Positions 10,889 through 24,213 of a DNA stretch of 64,000 nt are shown piece after piece. The position numbers and the translations under genes are program-made. The DNA comes from Ptychomitrium polyphyllum (taxonomy: Eukaryota): assembly GCA_973851085.1 (NCBI GenBank), contig OZ316776.1, positions 7,688,001-7,752,000 of the forward strand, read 5' to 3'. The notes below the pieces were generated by a model that saw only the letters and a program-made list of their open reading frames with translations, did not search any database and was not told the origin of the DNA. Position 1 is the first letter of the stretch. Every line of letters begins with the position of its first letter.

Positions 10889-13149
10889 GTACTTTTGCAG
10901 GCTTGCCAGGGATACAGTCTTGTCGTCCAAAATCCACATCTAGAACATTTTGTGCCTAATCTCTCTTGTTTTATAATGTGCTTTCAGTGACGCTTAGACC
11001 TCTTTATTGTCACTGGTTTGGGATCCAAGGCATCCACTATCACATGAAATCTATGAATCATATAATTACACTTTGATGTTGTAAGTTGGACATGGTGTAA
11101 GATTCTTCCTCCTCTCTGTTTAAGTTCGTTGGGCGATCTTGTTGGCCCTAAGCTTACTTTGTTAATTGCACACATTGTTAAGGTTTCTAATTCTGGTTTT
11201 TCTAGATAGAATTTGGCTAGGGAACGACCTGTGTTTTGGATGTTCTTCTTTTATATGCATATATTTCCCTTTCGAGATTTTTCCTTGAAAAGCATGTATT
11301 TGGAACCAAGTTACTTTAAAAGTCTTTTTGTAATTAAATATAAGATAAGTACCTCATTACCACCTTCTTTCTATGATAACTACCATCTATTAAAAATCAA
11401 TAATTACCAAATACATATTCAATAATGATTCAAAGTAAAATGGATTGGAAAATAGGTTTAAAAATGGTAACAATGGAGCTCAAATTGGATATAAACGGAT
11501 TTGTACATAACATTTTTTACCAATTAAAATGAATCACCCTCAAAGAAGGAACACACACAATCATAATTTAAGGCAACTTAACACACTTTTATTGATATAC
11601 TATATATTTTTTAATAAATTGAATTCTTTTTATAAAAGAATTTAATATACTTTAAAATATAATATTTGAATATCACATGAAAAAATTACAAATATTCAAA
11701 ATTATGAATTCTCAATTGTGAATAAAATTTACAATTTGTTCACATTATGAAAGTGGTGGTATTAAAAATTAAAAAATCATAATAGATTTTGAATAAAAAG
11801 TTATATATATGGACACCATAGAATGGACAAGGGCTTTGAGCATTATGACTTCCAATTGAAATTTGGATGCTTGTGCATGCATCAAGTGATGGTTACAAGT
11901 GCCAAAGGTCTTTTGGATGATAAATGATATGATTTACCAATTGTTAAGCCTTAAAATTTCCAATTTTAAATGCTCTTAAGTTTTTGCAAGAACAACTTTG
12001 AAAACTTATATTTTTTATTTGTTTTTTATCAAATAATAGAAAAAGGTTCACTTTGTATTTATTTCTAAAGCTTAGCTTCTATAGAACAAAAATACTTTAT
12101 CATTTTTATAGGATTTATAAATAAGTGAAATCCTTAATGTAGTAGATATGAGCATGCTTAAATTAAGTAAAATCATTTTTTTTTTAATTTGAAGATACTA
12201 TGAAGCCTTTTAAGGATCTTGAATTGATTGTTGAATGGCATTATTGTCTAAGCATCAAAATGTCTTCAAATGCAAGATGTTTAGATAAAAGCTTGGCATC
12301 TAGCCTATTACTAGATATGTAGACTTTAAGTGAAGTTATAATGCAAGATAATTTTTTGTAGATTGATGTGTCATAAAATTCACTTAAATAAGTAAAGAAA
12401 TTCTTTTCTTTAATGTTTATTGTTGAATAATACAACTCAAACGCATGTAAACAAATACATTTGATTTGAACCTTTATCATTTTTTCAACTTTATTTGTTT
12501 TCATCATTTAAATTAAGATAAGTGGCTAAATAATTTTTAAAAATTTATTTTAGTTTTGGATGTTGTTAGATGAAACATTCTAAATGGATGGATATTTAAA
12601 TAATTTTAAAAACATAATTACTCCAAGGATGTTTGGAATAAAAAATCACATTATATAAGTGCTCAAGTACAAGTAAATTCTATTTTATATAAAATCATTG
12701 TAATTTCCAAAATGAATGATATTTTTTGAATAATGATCATTTAAAGATTTGATGTTGATTTGAATTGATCTTAATTACATGGTTTAGGATGTATTGGTAA
12801 TTATCATAAGATTCAATGAATATAACTTCATTTTATAAATTACATATGCTAATTTTTTTGATGATTATTGAATGATGATATAATGATCTTTTTGCAAATA
12901 AATTTAAGCTTTAACATTTTATATTTATAAAAATTCAATTTAGAACCTATATTCTATACATTCTTACAAACTATATTACATTAATGTACATAGAAAAATA
13001 ATTAAATTGGCTTTATTAAAAAGACCTTAAAATGAAATATGAATAATTAGAAAATAATCAATTGGATGATAATCCATTTTAAATGGATGTAGTGAAATTC
13101 AATTTAGAATTTTTTTCATTCATTTAGTTCAAATTTCATATCAATTAGT

Positions 13150-13340
13150 CATTAGTGCCAATTAAGGTTGAAAGAAATGTTAATTGGAGAAGCTCCTTTG
13201 GCTTAGCATTCTTTATGAAGTCAAAAAATTCAAATATAGTTTAAAAGATAGAAAGACCTTGTATAGTATTTTCTTAGTGATGGTAGTGCAACCATTAAGT
13301 AAAAAATTTAGGTTTTTTTCATACACTTGCACTCTTAGCT
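13150..13340. repeat. Degenerate dispersed repeat, second copy near 20100-20310; probably an old TE fragment
   Basis: ttagtgccaattaaggttgaaagaaatgttaattggagaagctcctttggcttagcattc aligns by eye with ttaatgctaattaaggcttaaagaggtattaggtagaaaagcttctttgacttagtactc, and the downstream blocks also align. Confidence 0.55.
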
Positions 13341-16300
13341 TTTAATCTTATAGAGTAAGAAATAATTTGTCTTATGTATGGTGATTTCTTCATTGTTCAA
13401 TTGACAAATATTTTGAAATTTTATGCAATATTTGAGTTGTGGAATTTTTTTCATTCTATTTTTTTTCACATCCAATTTTAGTGCAAAACAAGTAGAATTT
13501 TATGAGAAAAGAAGAAATTTAAAAAAATAAATAAACACACTATTGGTAGAAGATGGTGAGGAAGGAAGGGAAGAAGGGAGGGAAGTTTATATAAATAGGC
13601 CTCTACAAGTGTATGCACACAACTCATAAAAGGAGGTTTTTCCTTACTAAAACACTTTTAGATTGGGCTTATTGTAGACACCTAATCATCCTACATAATA
13701 CCTTTTTTTAGAATTAGAAGCCAAATGATCCCATGCCTATTTTCCAAGTGAATTCTTTTAAAAAATCTTTTTTCAATTTTTATTTTTTAATAATTTATCT
13801 AGGCCCATATTTTCTTCTCAGTTTATCCAATTTTTGTGAATTTTTTCTATAGGGTATGTTAAAGTATATTAAGAGAATTCTTGAAGTTCCAATTTTATGA
13901 AGGCATCAACTAAATGTAAGAGGCATTTTTAATGCCATTTTATTTCATAGTTATAGTTTTTTGTGACTTATAGCCATCTATTGCGAGCAAGTGCAAGTGG
14001 CTTTTATTCACTTTAAATTTTGCAATTAATTATCTAAAAAAAAAAAATCCAATTTTCAAATTTGTAGATTTTGTATATAATGTTTTATCTTATAGCAAAT
14101 ATTATTGCATTGATTTATATTATTACCTCATTTTTTATATCTAGTATATATTTTATAGGCATATTACATGAATGAAGTCGTGTTAATGGCCAGCAAGGTC
14201 TTTTTGTGTGCTCCAAATAGAGGCTTTTTATTTGAATTGTGGTGGCCAAGAAGTAATAACTCATAAACTATAAGTTTAATGGTGATGGCAAGTATAAGTG
14301 TAGGTTGCTTCTAAGTTTAAAATAGTTGGAAGTATCTAAAATTATCTTAAGATCAAGAATTGATATTGTTGATTTTTTTCACTAGACTTAGAAGTTGACT
14401 ACATTTAGGACTTTGAGCCAATAATAAATATTGAAGAAGTTTTTTTAACCTGTTTAGAATTTGGACACCACTGAGAAGCTTTGAATCTTAATTATAGAAA
14501 CATTTAATAAGATGGAGGGTGGCCCTTGCAATATGGTAAAAAATTGGTTCTTAAAACAAGATTGAGGGAATTTCTTTGTCCAATTGGAAGCAAAAAATTC
14601 AAACTTAAATAAAAGAAAAATACCAACAATTCCTCAACTTTAAAGATTATAATGCATTTCAGTTTTTCCCATAGCATTTGGATGAAAAGGTACTTTAGAC
14701 ATATGGAAGATGGATTGGAGAGCACTTATTCTAAACACATAAGGTACAATATTATTAGAGGAATTGTGTAGAATTCATTTTTTTCCTTGAAGAGGTTAAT
14801 AATTGCCTATTTGATTCCTACAGTGCTTGAAGATACTAAAGATAAGGCTTCAATAGTGGGACCGTCTTTAAAAGGTAGTGGTTCAACCACCTTTTTATGG
14901 ATGGCATTATTTATGCAAGCGGCATTGTATGTAAGAGACGAGCAACCAATATTTGGTCAATTATAGTTACTCATAGCACAATTGGAACTTGAGTATGAAT
15001 ATTCTAGTTGTAGTCAGATGCAATGCATTCAAAACTTTTGATATGAGAAAGAAGATATATCACACACTGTGTATACTCATTTAGCACGGTTTGTATTGGA
15101 ATTCAGGGTTGTATTTGCTGAAAGCTAACATATTATAATCTTTTGTCAAAATTGATTCTCAACTTTTAGATTTGGTCATACTAAGGGTCATTTTCAACTA
15201 CAATGGCAATGCAACGTTGGCATTGTTGTTGGTTAAATTTGATAAATGTAATAAAGCTCTTGGCTAATATGATGCCACAAATATGGTTTCTTGAATGATA
15301 AATCATGCTAAAATAAAGAAGGTCACTATAGCCACAAGTAAATTGGCAAACATTTGGTTAAAACAAACTTTGCATTATTGAACGTGTCGTAAAGTTGGCC
15401 ATACCAATAATGGTCTCAATTGTTCCAAAAAGAGACAAGCCTAACCAACAGAGAAGTTTTAAAAAAAAAGCAAAGGTGGCCTAGTCAAAAGAAAAAATTA
15501 AAAATTGCAACTAAAGTGTATCTAATGTAATAGTCTAATTACAATGTTTTATTGTGCATTAAAAAAAAATTGTTTGAAGAAAGAAAAGACAATAGAAGCC
15601 ACATTAAAAAAGAATTTCGAGAATGTGGCTTCAAAGACAAAATTATGGAGCTTCATTTAACTTATGGTGTTGGAACAAATGTTTGTATTCCAAATAATTC
15701 TATTTTTGGCAAGTTAGGAAAGATGGTAGTTGTGGTTGCCATATGTGACAAAACAACAATCTTTAAAAATGTGCTTATTATGCATTCTTATTTGAATTGA
15801 TTTAATGCAAATTTGATAATATTTGTGGTTTTAATTTGTTACATATGGCAATTTTTTATTTAATGATATATCAATTTATTCTTCAAACTAACCATGCAAA
15901 ATGTAAGGATATAAGTTTAATAAAAATCAATATTTTTTATTTTCTAATTGATGAATAATTTACAATCTAATTAAAATAAAGTATAATATCATGCAAATAA
16001 ACAAGGAGATGATAAGAATGCAAATTTAGGTGGATTAATTTAGATATTTCTAGATATGTAGCAATATAAAAAATTTTATAGAAAAATTATAATTTATTCA
16101 TCCAGCTTTTTAAAGATTCTATAAAAATATATATGAAAAAATTTAAAAACCAATATATAATATTTGTTTAAAAAATCCATTATTTTGAAATTTTATAAAA
16201 ATTCATAAGAATGGTATTAAAATTTTCACTTTTTTATGGTCAATATTCATGGAACAAAAATAAAAAAACAACAATAGGAAGGAAAGTTGAAAAGCATAGA

Positions 16301-19300
16301 GAAAGCATTGAGGCAATTTTAGATTAGAAGTAAAGACTTTGATATAAATAAAGAAATAGACAATCAATTTCAAAAGGAACTTCTATTACAAAAGATTACA
16401 ATTTGAAATTAAAAAGATGTTCTTACATTTCAATACTTATGGTTAAAGGTTTTAAATACAAGTCTTAAGTTCTAAATCCTATTAATTTAGATCTATATAT
16501 GTCTTTTGGATGATTTCATAGTGAATAGTATTAACAATTATCATTTTGTAGTGACTAGTGGAGAACTTAATAGTACCTAGAGATAGATCTGATAGAGTGG
16601 TAACATACATATAAAAGTATAATTTCATACTTGTCATTCTTCTAAGATTTTGGTTTGAAATTTGATTTTCTAAAATCTTATAAACGTGTTGTACATCTCC
16701 TATACCTTAATTTAAAGAATAATATTCATACTTTTTTACATAATAAAACTTATTAGAAGTGTACATTTATAGAATATTTATAAAGTATAGTATGTTTTAA
16801 TATAGGAAGCTGCAAAATAGTTGTATGTAATGTATGATATTTAGATTTCTTTATAAAATCCTTAGATTTGGTGGTAACTTGAAAGAAGTGATCTTTTTTC
16901 AAATGATGAAGTTATCCTTTTGAGAGAGTGGTCAAAGAGGTCATTGTAGAATACTATGAATTTGATGCACAATCAGAAGGACAAATTATGGGAAGTCCAT
17001 ATCAAGAAATAGCAGTGTACACTACTGTAACTGGGGTAACTTACTTGTTGCAGAATTTGGAGGAAGTGGACGAAGCGGTTGTTGGGCTGTCATTCACTAT
17101 GACAAAACAAAACAGGTGACATCATGGTCATTAGTACAAGCAATGAGTCGCTAGGAGGTAAAACTGAAAACTGAGTGCTACTTTAGTGTTGAGAGCAAAT
17201 TGATGTCATTTATTTAGAGTTATAGATTTATTTAGCATAAATAAAAAGCAGAATATTTGTTTTTGGTTTATAAAAGTAAAATAAATATTGCACATGACAA
17301 ATAGTGTACATAGTTATGAAATAATGGAAGTATTTCACAATATGTTTTTTTAATTCTTAAAATGTTATGAAATAAAACATTAGTTTATATATATATATAT
17401 ATATATAAGAATAGTATAAGAAAATTACATTGATACTATGAATTACATTGTAAAATAATGTAATTGTTGAGATATACTATGAATAATACTAATTTACAGC
17501 TAAAAGCACTGCTCGACTAGTTTTAGTGTAGCTGCAAGGTTCCTACGGTTCTGCAGAGTATAGTGTGCTTCAGGAAGGCCTTGGGGCAGGCAAAGTTGGC
17601 CAGAAATGCAAAATTCATCAATTAAGTTTTTTATGTTAATTCAATACAGCTTCTGCTGCTGTTGGCAACTTCGCACTTATTGACTATTTTTAAACCTATT
17701 CTTCAAAATGAATTCATTGAAAATCTTGTATTAAATAGGTAAGCAGGCATAGGATTCTCTCTCTTCTCTGAGCCATATTCTTGAGTCTCTAGCTGGCATA
17801 TGTTAAGTTGGAGCATGCCAACTTGCCACACCACAAAGTCTACATTTTTAACTTGTGTCATATTGATGTCAAGATGACATCAACATGATTAATTATCTAT
17901 GGATGTTTCTTGATGTCACAATAGTTATCTCCAAGTTTGCCAAAACAGCATTCCATGCCTAGTGGAGATCCTGTTGAAAGCAGTTCAACTTCCACAAATT
18001 TTACCACTAGAATTACAAGTATCCACAATGGCATAGGTCAGCTACCGCATGACACAACAAGAATCTTTTATTCTTGAAAGCTAAGGTTATAGTTTGAGGA
18101 TGAATACTTTAAGAATAAATTATTGTAATTTGCCTATAAATGGAGGAAGGGATTTAGTAACCATCTATAGAGGATACATACTATGGACCCTATGTTCACT
18201 CTTGAACCACTCACCCACAAACTCCTATCTCTTGAAAAACAGATCTGTGTTGCACTCATTTCATGTGTGTTAGTCTATTATGTTTAAGATACTAATACTA
18301 CAATTTTAAAGATCACTGCTGACGAGCACCATCTGAAAATATCCAGATAACATATTTATCAAGTCAATGGTTAAATGGCACTCTGTGACTAGAACTCAAT
18401 TTACTTATAATACAGGGACTATGTTGATGTAGGTTACACTGTAACATAACATTCTTTAACTGCACTACAATTAATTAACAGTTGAAATATTTGGTTGTGT
18501 ACAGATTCATATAGCTAAGCACTGTGACATAAAAATATTCCTGCCACTTTGCTGACAGATCAGCTACTACAATCTTGTTATCTGGGTCCTCTAAAGTCTA
18601 CATATTTCATCCTTTGCAACAAGCTAAAACAGTTTCAATGTACATCATCACATATCATATGAGGGTTTTGATTAAATTGAAGTAAATTGAGTATTTTGAA
18701 GTTTACAACTGGTACCTTTGTGCAAGGTTCAACAAAACAACATACAAATATTACATGGAATCAAAATCCAATGTTCACTTGTACTGAAGTCTCAAGTGCT
18801 TTGTTCACTAAGATTGTGACAATGCAACTCCACTTTGGATTCAGCTGTATGAATTCATACTTGGATTCAATAGACTTGTCTGTTGTTGTAACTCTCCTTT
18901 GGTCCTTTCCAATCCCTTGCAATGAAGGTGTCAAAAGTGACCTGCTAGGATCTTTCCATACTATGCAACCAAAATTTGCAGCCTCACTGACATGAACAAC
19001 CTTGCATACCTTACAGCTTGCAAAAGCATATACCATACCATACTATTGCACTTTGCTCAATTGAATAATTAATGCAAACACTATTACAATATGCACAGTA
19101 TATGATCCAAAAAATAAAAAATTATTCTCTACACAAGGAATTACTGTAAATGCAGTAATGTATCTAATTACAATGACCTACTAGCAAGGACACGTATTAC
19201 ACACTGTACATACATACTGGATCCTTGGCCAATTGGTATCCAATCTTGGCAAGGCAGAAGTGGCCCATTTTTACAACAATAGGAGGGATATTCAAAATGA

Positions 19301-20639
19301 CAGTCAACTAATACCTTACTGAAATCTAACTTAAAGGTGCTCAATACAAGACAAGCAAAAAAATTATCCTAAGATGTGGATATTTAGGTAGAGGATGGCC
19401 TAGGAGAAGATGGAAAAACATTAAAATAATATTTTAGTGAGTGTCCCATGGAATAAGGTGTTAAGGCTGACAAAACAAGATGATAAGACAATTTCAAAAC
19501 TAGTGATGGGCAAGCAAAATATAAAGCTTAATGGGACAAGATGGTACAATAAATATATGGAAGAAGACTACGTGAAAACTTTAAAAATATGTCTTAGATA
19601 AATAGAATACAAAGTTTGTATAGACATATCTTATAAGTGTTGAGCACACACATTGCATTGTGTTATATATGGTTCTAAAATTATTATTTTTGTTTATTTC
19701 AATATTTTCTTCTTCTTTTAGTCTTAAACCATGAATATAAAGAAGCAAAATTTCTTTGGTGTTTTTATTTTCTTGATGGTTTTGCAATATATTATTATTT
19801 TAGTGTTATTTGGTATATTATTATTTCAATGTTATTACATTAAAAAAGAGTCATTAATAGGACAAGATGAAGACATGATAGATTTATTGCTTATGTCAGC
19901 CAATTTCTTTTGGATTCATTTTTATAAAGGATGTTTCAATAGCATGTTTAGATAAGTAGGTCCACATTTACCTATTTACATAATTATTCCAAATTTATCA
20001 TGTAACTTGGCACCAAGTATTGAGCCATGTTAGAAGGATACAATGTGATTCAATCTAATGAATTTTTCATCCATTGTATAAATTTCATTTTAATTGTACT
20101 TATTAATGCTAATTAAGGCTTAAAGAGGTATTAGGTAGAAAAGCTTCTTTGACTTAGTACTCCTTACCATATTAAGGTTTATAAATGTTTTTTGGATATC
20201 ATTTTGTTGTGGTATTTCTTAGACATGGTAGTTTAGCTATTTAATAGAATTTAAATTTAATCTCATTACTTTCACTTTTAAAACTCTAGCTTAAAGCCGT
20301 ATACGTAAAGGTTATGAATAACCAACTCCTATATTTTGGAGATATTATTAATAAGACAATCTTCCAAAAGTAACATTTGACAACCATAGTAGCGAAGTGG
20401 TATTCAACATCATTAGGTAGCCATTAAATTTAACTATTCTAAAACTTTTATAGCTTAAAAGATATAATCTGGAAATAAATTAGACATTTATTTAAATTAT
20501 GTGTTTTAAAATAGAGCCTGCAATTATTAAGCTGATAAGTGCACATTTCATGCTTTAAAAATCAAAGACAAAAGGCTGTTGTTCATTAAAGCAAGTGCAT
20601 GCACATTATACATCTTGTTGGACTATGTTATTGGCTTAT

Positions 20640-21072
20640 AACTATATTATTGACTTCCAAAACAACACCCAACCATCAATTGGGCTAATCTAAAACTTGA
20701 CTCAAAACAAATCTTTGGCATTGAAGAAATACAATAATAAAAATTCAATCAAGAATTTCATTCAATATTTAAAGTCTTTTATTGATGTTCCACTATTTTT
20801 TGTGAAGAAAAAAGATGGATCCTTATCAATGTGTGTTTGCAACCTCAACAACATGACAGTGTAGACCTAATATTTGTTATCATTGGTATCCAGACTTCTT
20901 GATCAATTTGGTGGAGCATAGATATATATTAAAATAGATTTTTTGAAGAGCCTACAATTTGGTGCGCATTAAAGAGGGGGACAAATGGAAGATGGCATTT
21001 CAAATAAGGTATGGACATTTTGGCTACAATGATATGTATTTTGGACTTACTAATGCACCAACCATATTCTCA
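20640..21072 (+). mobile_element. Decayed Ty3/gypsy retrotransposon reverse-transcriptase fragment
   Basis: Translation with stops and frameshifts: PLFFVKKKDGSLSMCV...[55 protein letters not shown], the classic gypsy RT N-terminal motifs. Confidence 0.9.
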
Positions 21073-22065
21073 ATGGCTTGTTCAATGCTTAATGCAAAAT
21101 TCAATGCAATGCAATTAACTTAAAAATTATAAACTTCAATCGTTTCAAACATGCTAGAATCTTTAAGAAGCTAATGCAAAATATTCTAATTGATCTATTT
21201 GATGTATTTTTATATTTTTTCTTTTGTAACATATGTAAAATATGTAATTTAAAACCAAAATTGTCTTTTATCAAGTGGTTGTGTACAACTTAAAACCAAA
21301 GTTTAGTTTTGTGACGCATTGATTAATATTTATAAATGTTATAGATTCATCTCTCCCATGATTTTAGACGCACATAGCTTTCAAATCATCTCTTACATGA
21401 TTTTAGATGTACATTAAATTTAGGACCCTACTATTTTCAACTTCAACAATTTACTATAAATTCGTAGTGAATTAAAATATCATACTTCTATTAAATTAAA
21501 ACATCTTTTTTAAAAAGAAGACCTTATAAAAATAACTCCACGTTAAACTTGAAACTACATCTAGGCCAAATTGCTTAAAGCCCTTGTGAGAAATTTACCT
21601 TAAGAGTAAAATTGCTGCTCAGTCAATTGTGCATAGTGTAGGCACCGCTAGTAGGTTTGCTCTCACGACCAATCGGGTTCTCATAACCTCACAGGTCGCA
21701 ATAACCCCCAATCCCGTGAACCTCACAAGTGAGTCTATGACCGCGACCCGCACAATATTAAAAATTCATCTCATAAACCCGTCCAGGTGTCCGGAACCGC
21801 CATAATCCACCACTACCCAACAATGAATCTCTAAATCTACGATTTTTATAGATAACGTCGGTGTTGTGCACAGTAACGGTCTTAGGTATAGATTTCTTCG
21901 AGCGCCATTGATGGTGGCCCGCTGCCAAAGATGGACAGAGCTCAGACAGCAACAAAGGCTTTGCTGCAACCAGGCTTCCCTTCGCAACAGCTCTCCTATT
22001 CCATTCCCCTGTCGCAGTGAGCTCTCCTTTGCGCACCCCTCTCGGCCTTCCCTGCGTTTATTTCT

Positions 22066-22516
22066 CCTTACAGAATTGCTTTACTGTTCCAGCGCAGGCG
22101 AAGGAGGAGCTAGAGGGGGACGAAAGGAGCGCTTCTGCATTGCTTGCGGCTGCGAGAAGACGAGGCTCTAATCGGCTAAAAGCTTTTCATGCCGTAGCCA
22201 CTCTTATCACCTATTACAGCGATCATTTCTTCTTAGAGAATCGTTTTTCTATTTTAGTGCAGGCCAAGGAGGAACGAGAAGACCGCCTCTGCATAGCTTT
22301 TGGATGCGAGAGGACGAGGTGCCAATCGGCTGATAGCCTTTCATGCTGTTGTTACTCTTATCACCTTTCACTGCCTTCTCTGTGATCATTTCGACTTAGA
22401 GAATCGTATTTCTGTTACAGCTCGGCCGATGGAAGAGCGAGAGAAGAGCCTCTGCATTGTTTGTAGTTACGAGACGAGGAGCCGCTGATCGGCTAATAGA
22501 CTTTCATGCTGTAGTT
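22066..22516. repeat. Three diverged tandem copies of a ~165-bp unit upstream of the receptor kinase
   Basis: Recurring blocks ttagagaatcgt..., aggc(g/c)aaggagga, ctctgcat, gacgagg, aatcggct..a..ctttcatgc.gt, actcttatcacct. Copies start near 22066, 22233 and 22397; the third is truncated. Confidence 0.85.
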
Positions 22517-24213
22517 AAGATAGATTACGGACGAAAAGTTTTAGAGAAAAATAGGAGGAGGTCGACAGTGCCGCTAATGACAAGACGGGAGCTTAGGTCT
22601 AGGAGCTTACTTCTGCAGTTGCGCGTGTCTAGGTGATGGTTAGTTGGTGTTTCCTTTCTCTTTAATGATGGACAGCAGGTAGTAGGGTGGAGTTCTTGGT
22701 GCTTAGAAGGCTGGCGCGGGAGCGGGTAGGGCAGAGGAGTTGCGATGCAGTTGTTCGTAATGAGAGGTGAGAGTCTTATCAAGTGTGGCGGTTCCTATGT
22801 TTCGACGTCTTTCTTTGGCTGTTTGAGAGCTTTCTGATGTCAGTAGAGGGGAGATGGGATAGAGTTTGAGTCGTGGCGAGTTGAAGTGTACGAAGCTAGA
22901 GTGTTGTGTGGTCTGGCATTTGGCATAGCTTGTTCATTGACTGAGAAGAATGAAAGGAACGAAGACGAGTACCAAACAGTGTGTCATAAGAGTTTCTTAG
23001 AATCTGTTTTTTATGTGAAGGCCATGGCGACGTCAGGAGTACTTTGATGAGAAGCTAACTTTGAAGCTTCTAGAATGCATCTAGTTACCCGCATTGGTCG
23101 CCGTGTAAGTGCTCGCGCTGCGTATAGTGTCAAGTTCATCCTACATAGTGCGTGGCATATGAAGAATTTCGTTCCATAACCATCGGTTGCGACTCGCATG
23201 CGCATTATGTGTTATTGTCTACATATCTATTTTGCCTGTTTGAGCCTGCTGTTTGTAATCGACAGAGTTAAGTGATGTTAATGAGTGTTTGTTGATCCTA
23301 TCACCGGCTTGAATTTGAAGGCTGCAGGTTATGATTCGTATCTGGCGTGTTAGTCTTCACTCCCAATTCGACCGTGTTTCTCTGCCAACTCGTCGACGGT
23401 TGCTTGAGATTTGAGGACATCCTATGAGCACGCGATATACGTAGTGGAGATCATACTCTCATGGTGTAGGCTCACAGCTGGCCAACCAGCCATTCAGAGT
23501 ACTGTTGAAATAGGACTTCGGATCATACCCTAATCCTGTTCCGCAGTCGGAGGAAAGGAAGTCTCTGCAATGCGATTGTTGAACCTTCAGATTGGAACGG
23601 CTATCTGAAATACCTAATTACAAGATATCCAGTACAATATATCCGGTTTAAAACTCCTGACGAAACAAATCGAAGGCAGAAATGTATCAAATCTGACCAT
23701 GGGCGAAGCCAGAGTGAGATACTTCAGATGTGTGTTTTGAAAAAATCAAGAGGAGGACATTGCAGAAGCTAGTGGAACATCTGCTTCCAACGGATATTCG
23801 ATGGAATCCAAGAAATTTTCAGTGGCTGCCTCGGCAAGATGTTCAAAACATAGGCCTCAGAAGGTTTTCTATTCTTTTCAAACGAAACAATAAAGGTACT
23901 TACCGTTAAGAGGAGCTCAAGTCATAGCTCCTCGATGTAGTTGACATTAAAAAAGCTGGTACATCCGATTTGTAATACAAGCTATGACGGGAATTCGTCA
24001 AGATAAACTTCAGTTACTTACTGCTACTTTGGATGGACATAAATGGGGGAACGTGAAGGGAGGTAGCAGCCAAGGATTTTAAATACATGCCAGATTTCTA
24101 GTAAAAACTCATGGTCCAAGGCGTAGGTGGAATTTGTCCTTTACAGCAGTACGGATGGGAAGGATAGCACAGGAGAGCCAAGGGAAAACTCTTGAAGACT
24201 GGTGAGAGCCACC

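Noticed and set aside
22066..22516. CRISPR-like array
   Set aside because: Eukaryotic DNA; whole units are homologous, with no repeat-spacer structure and no cas genes.
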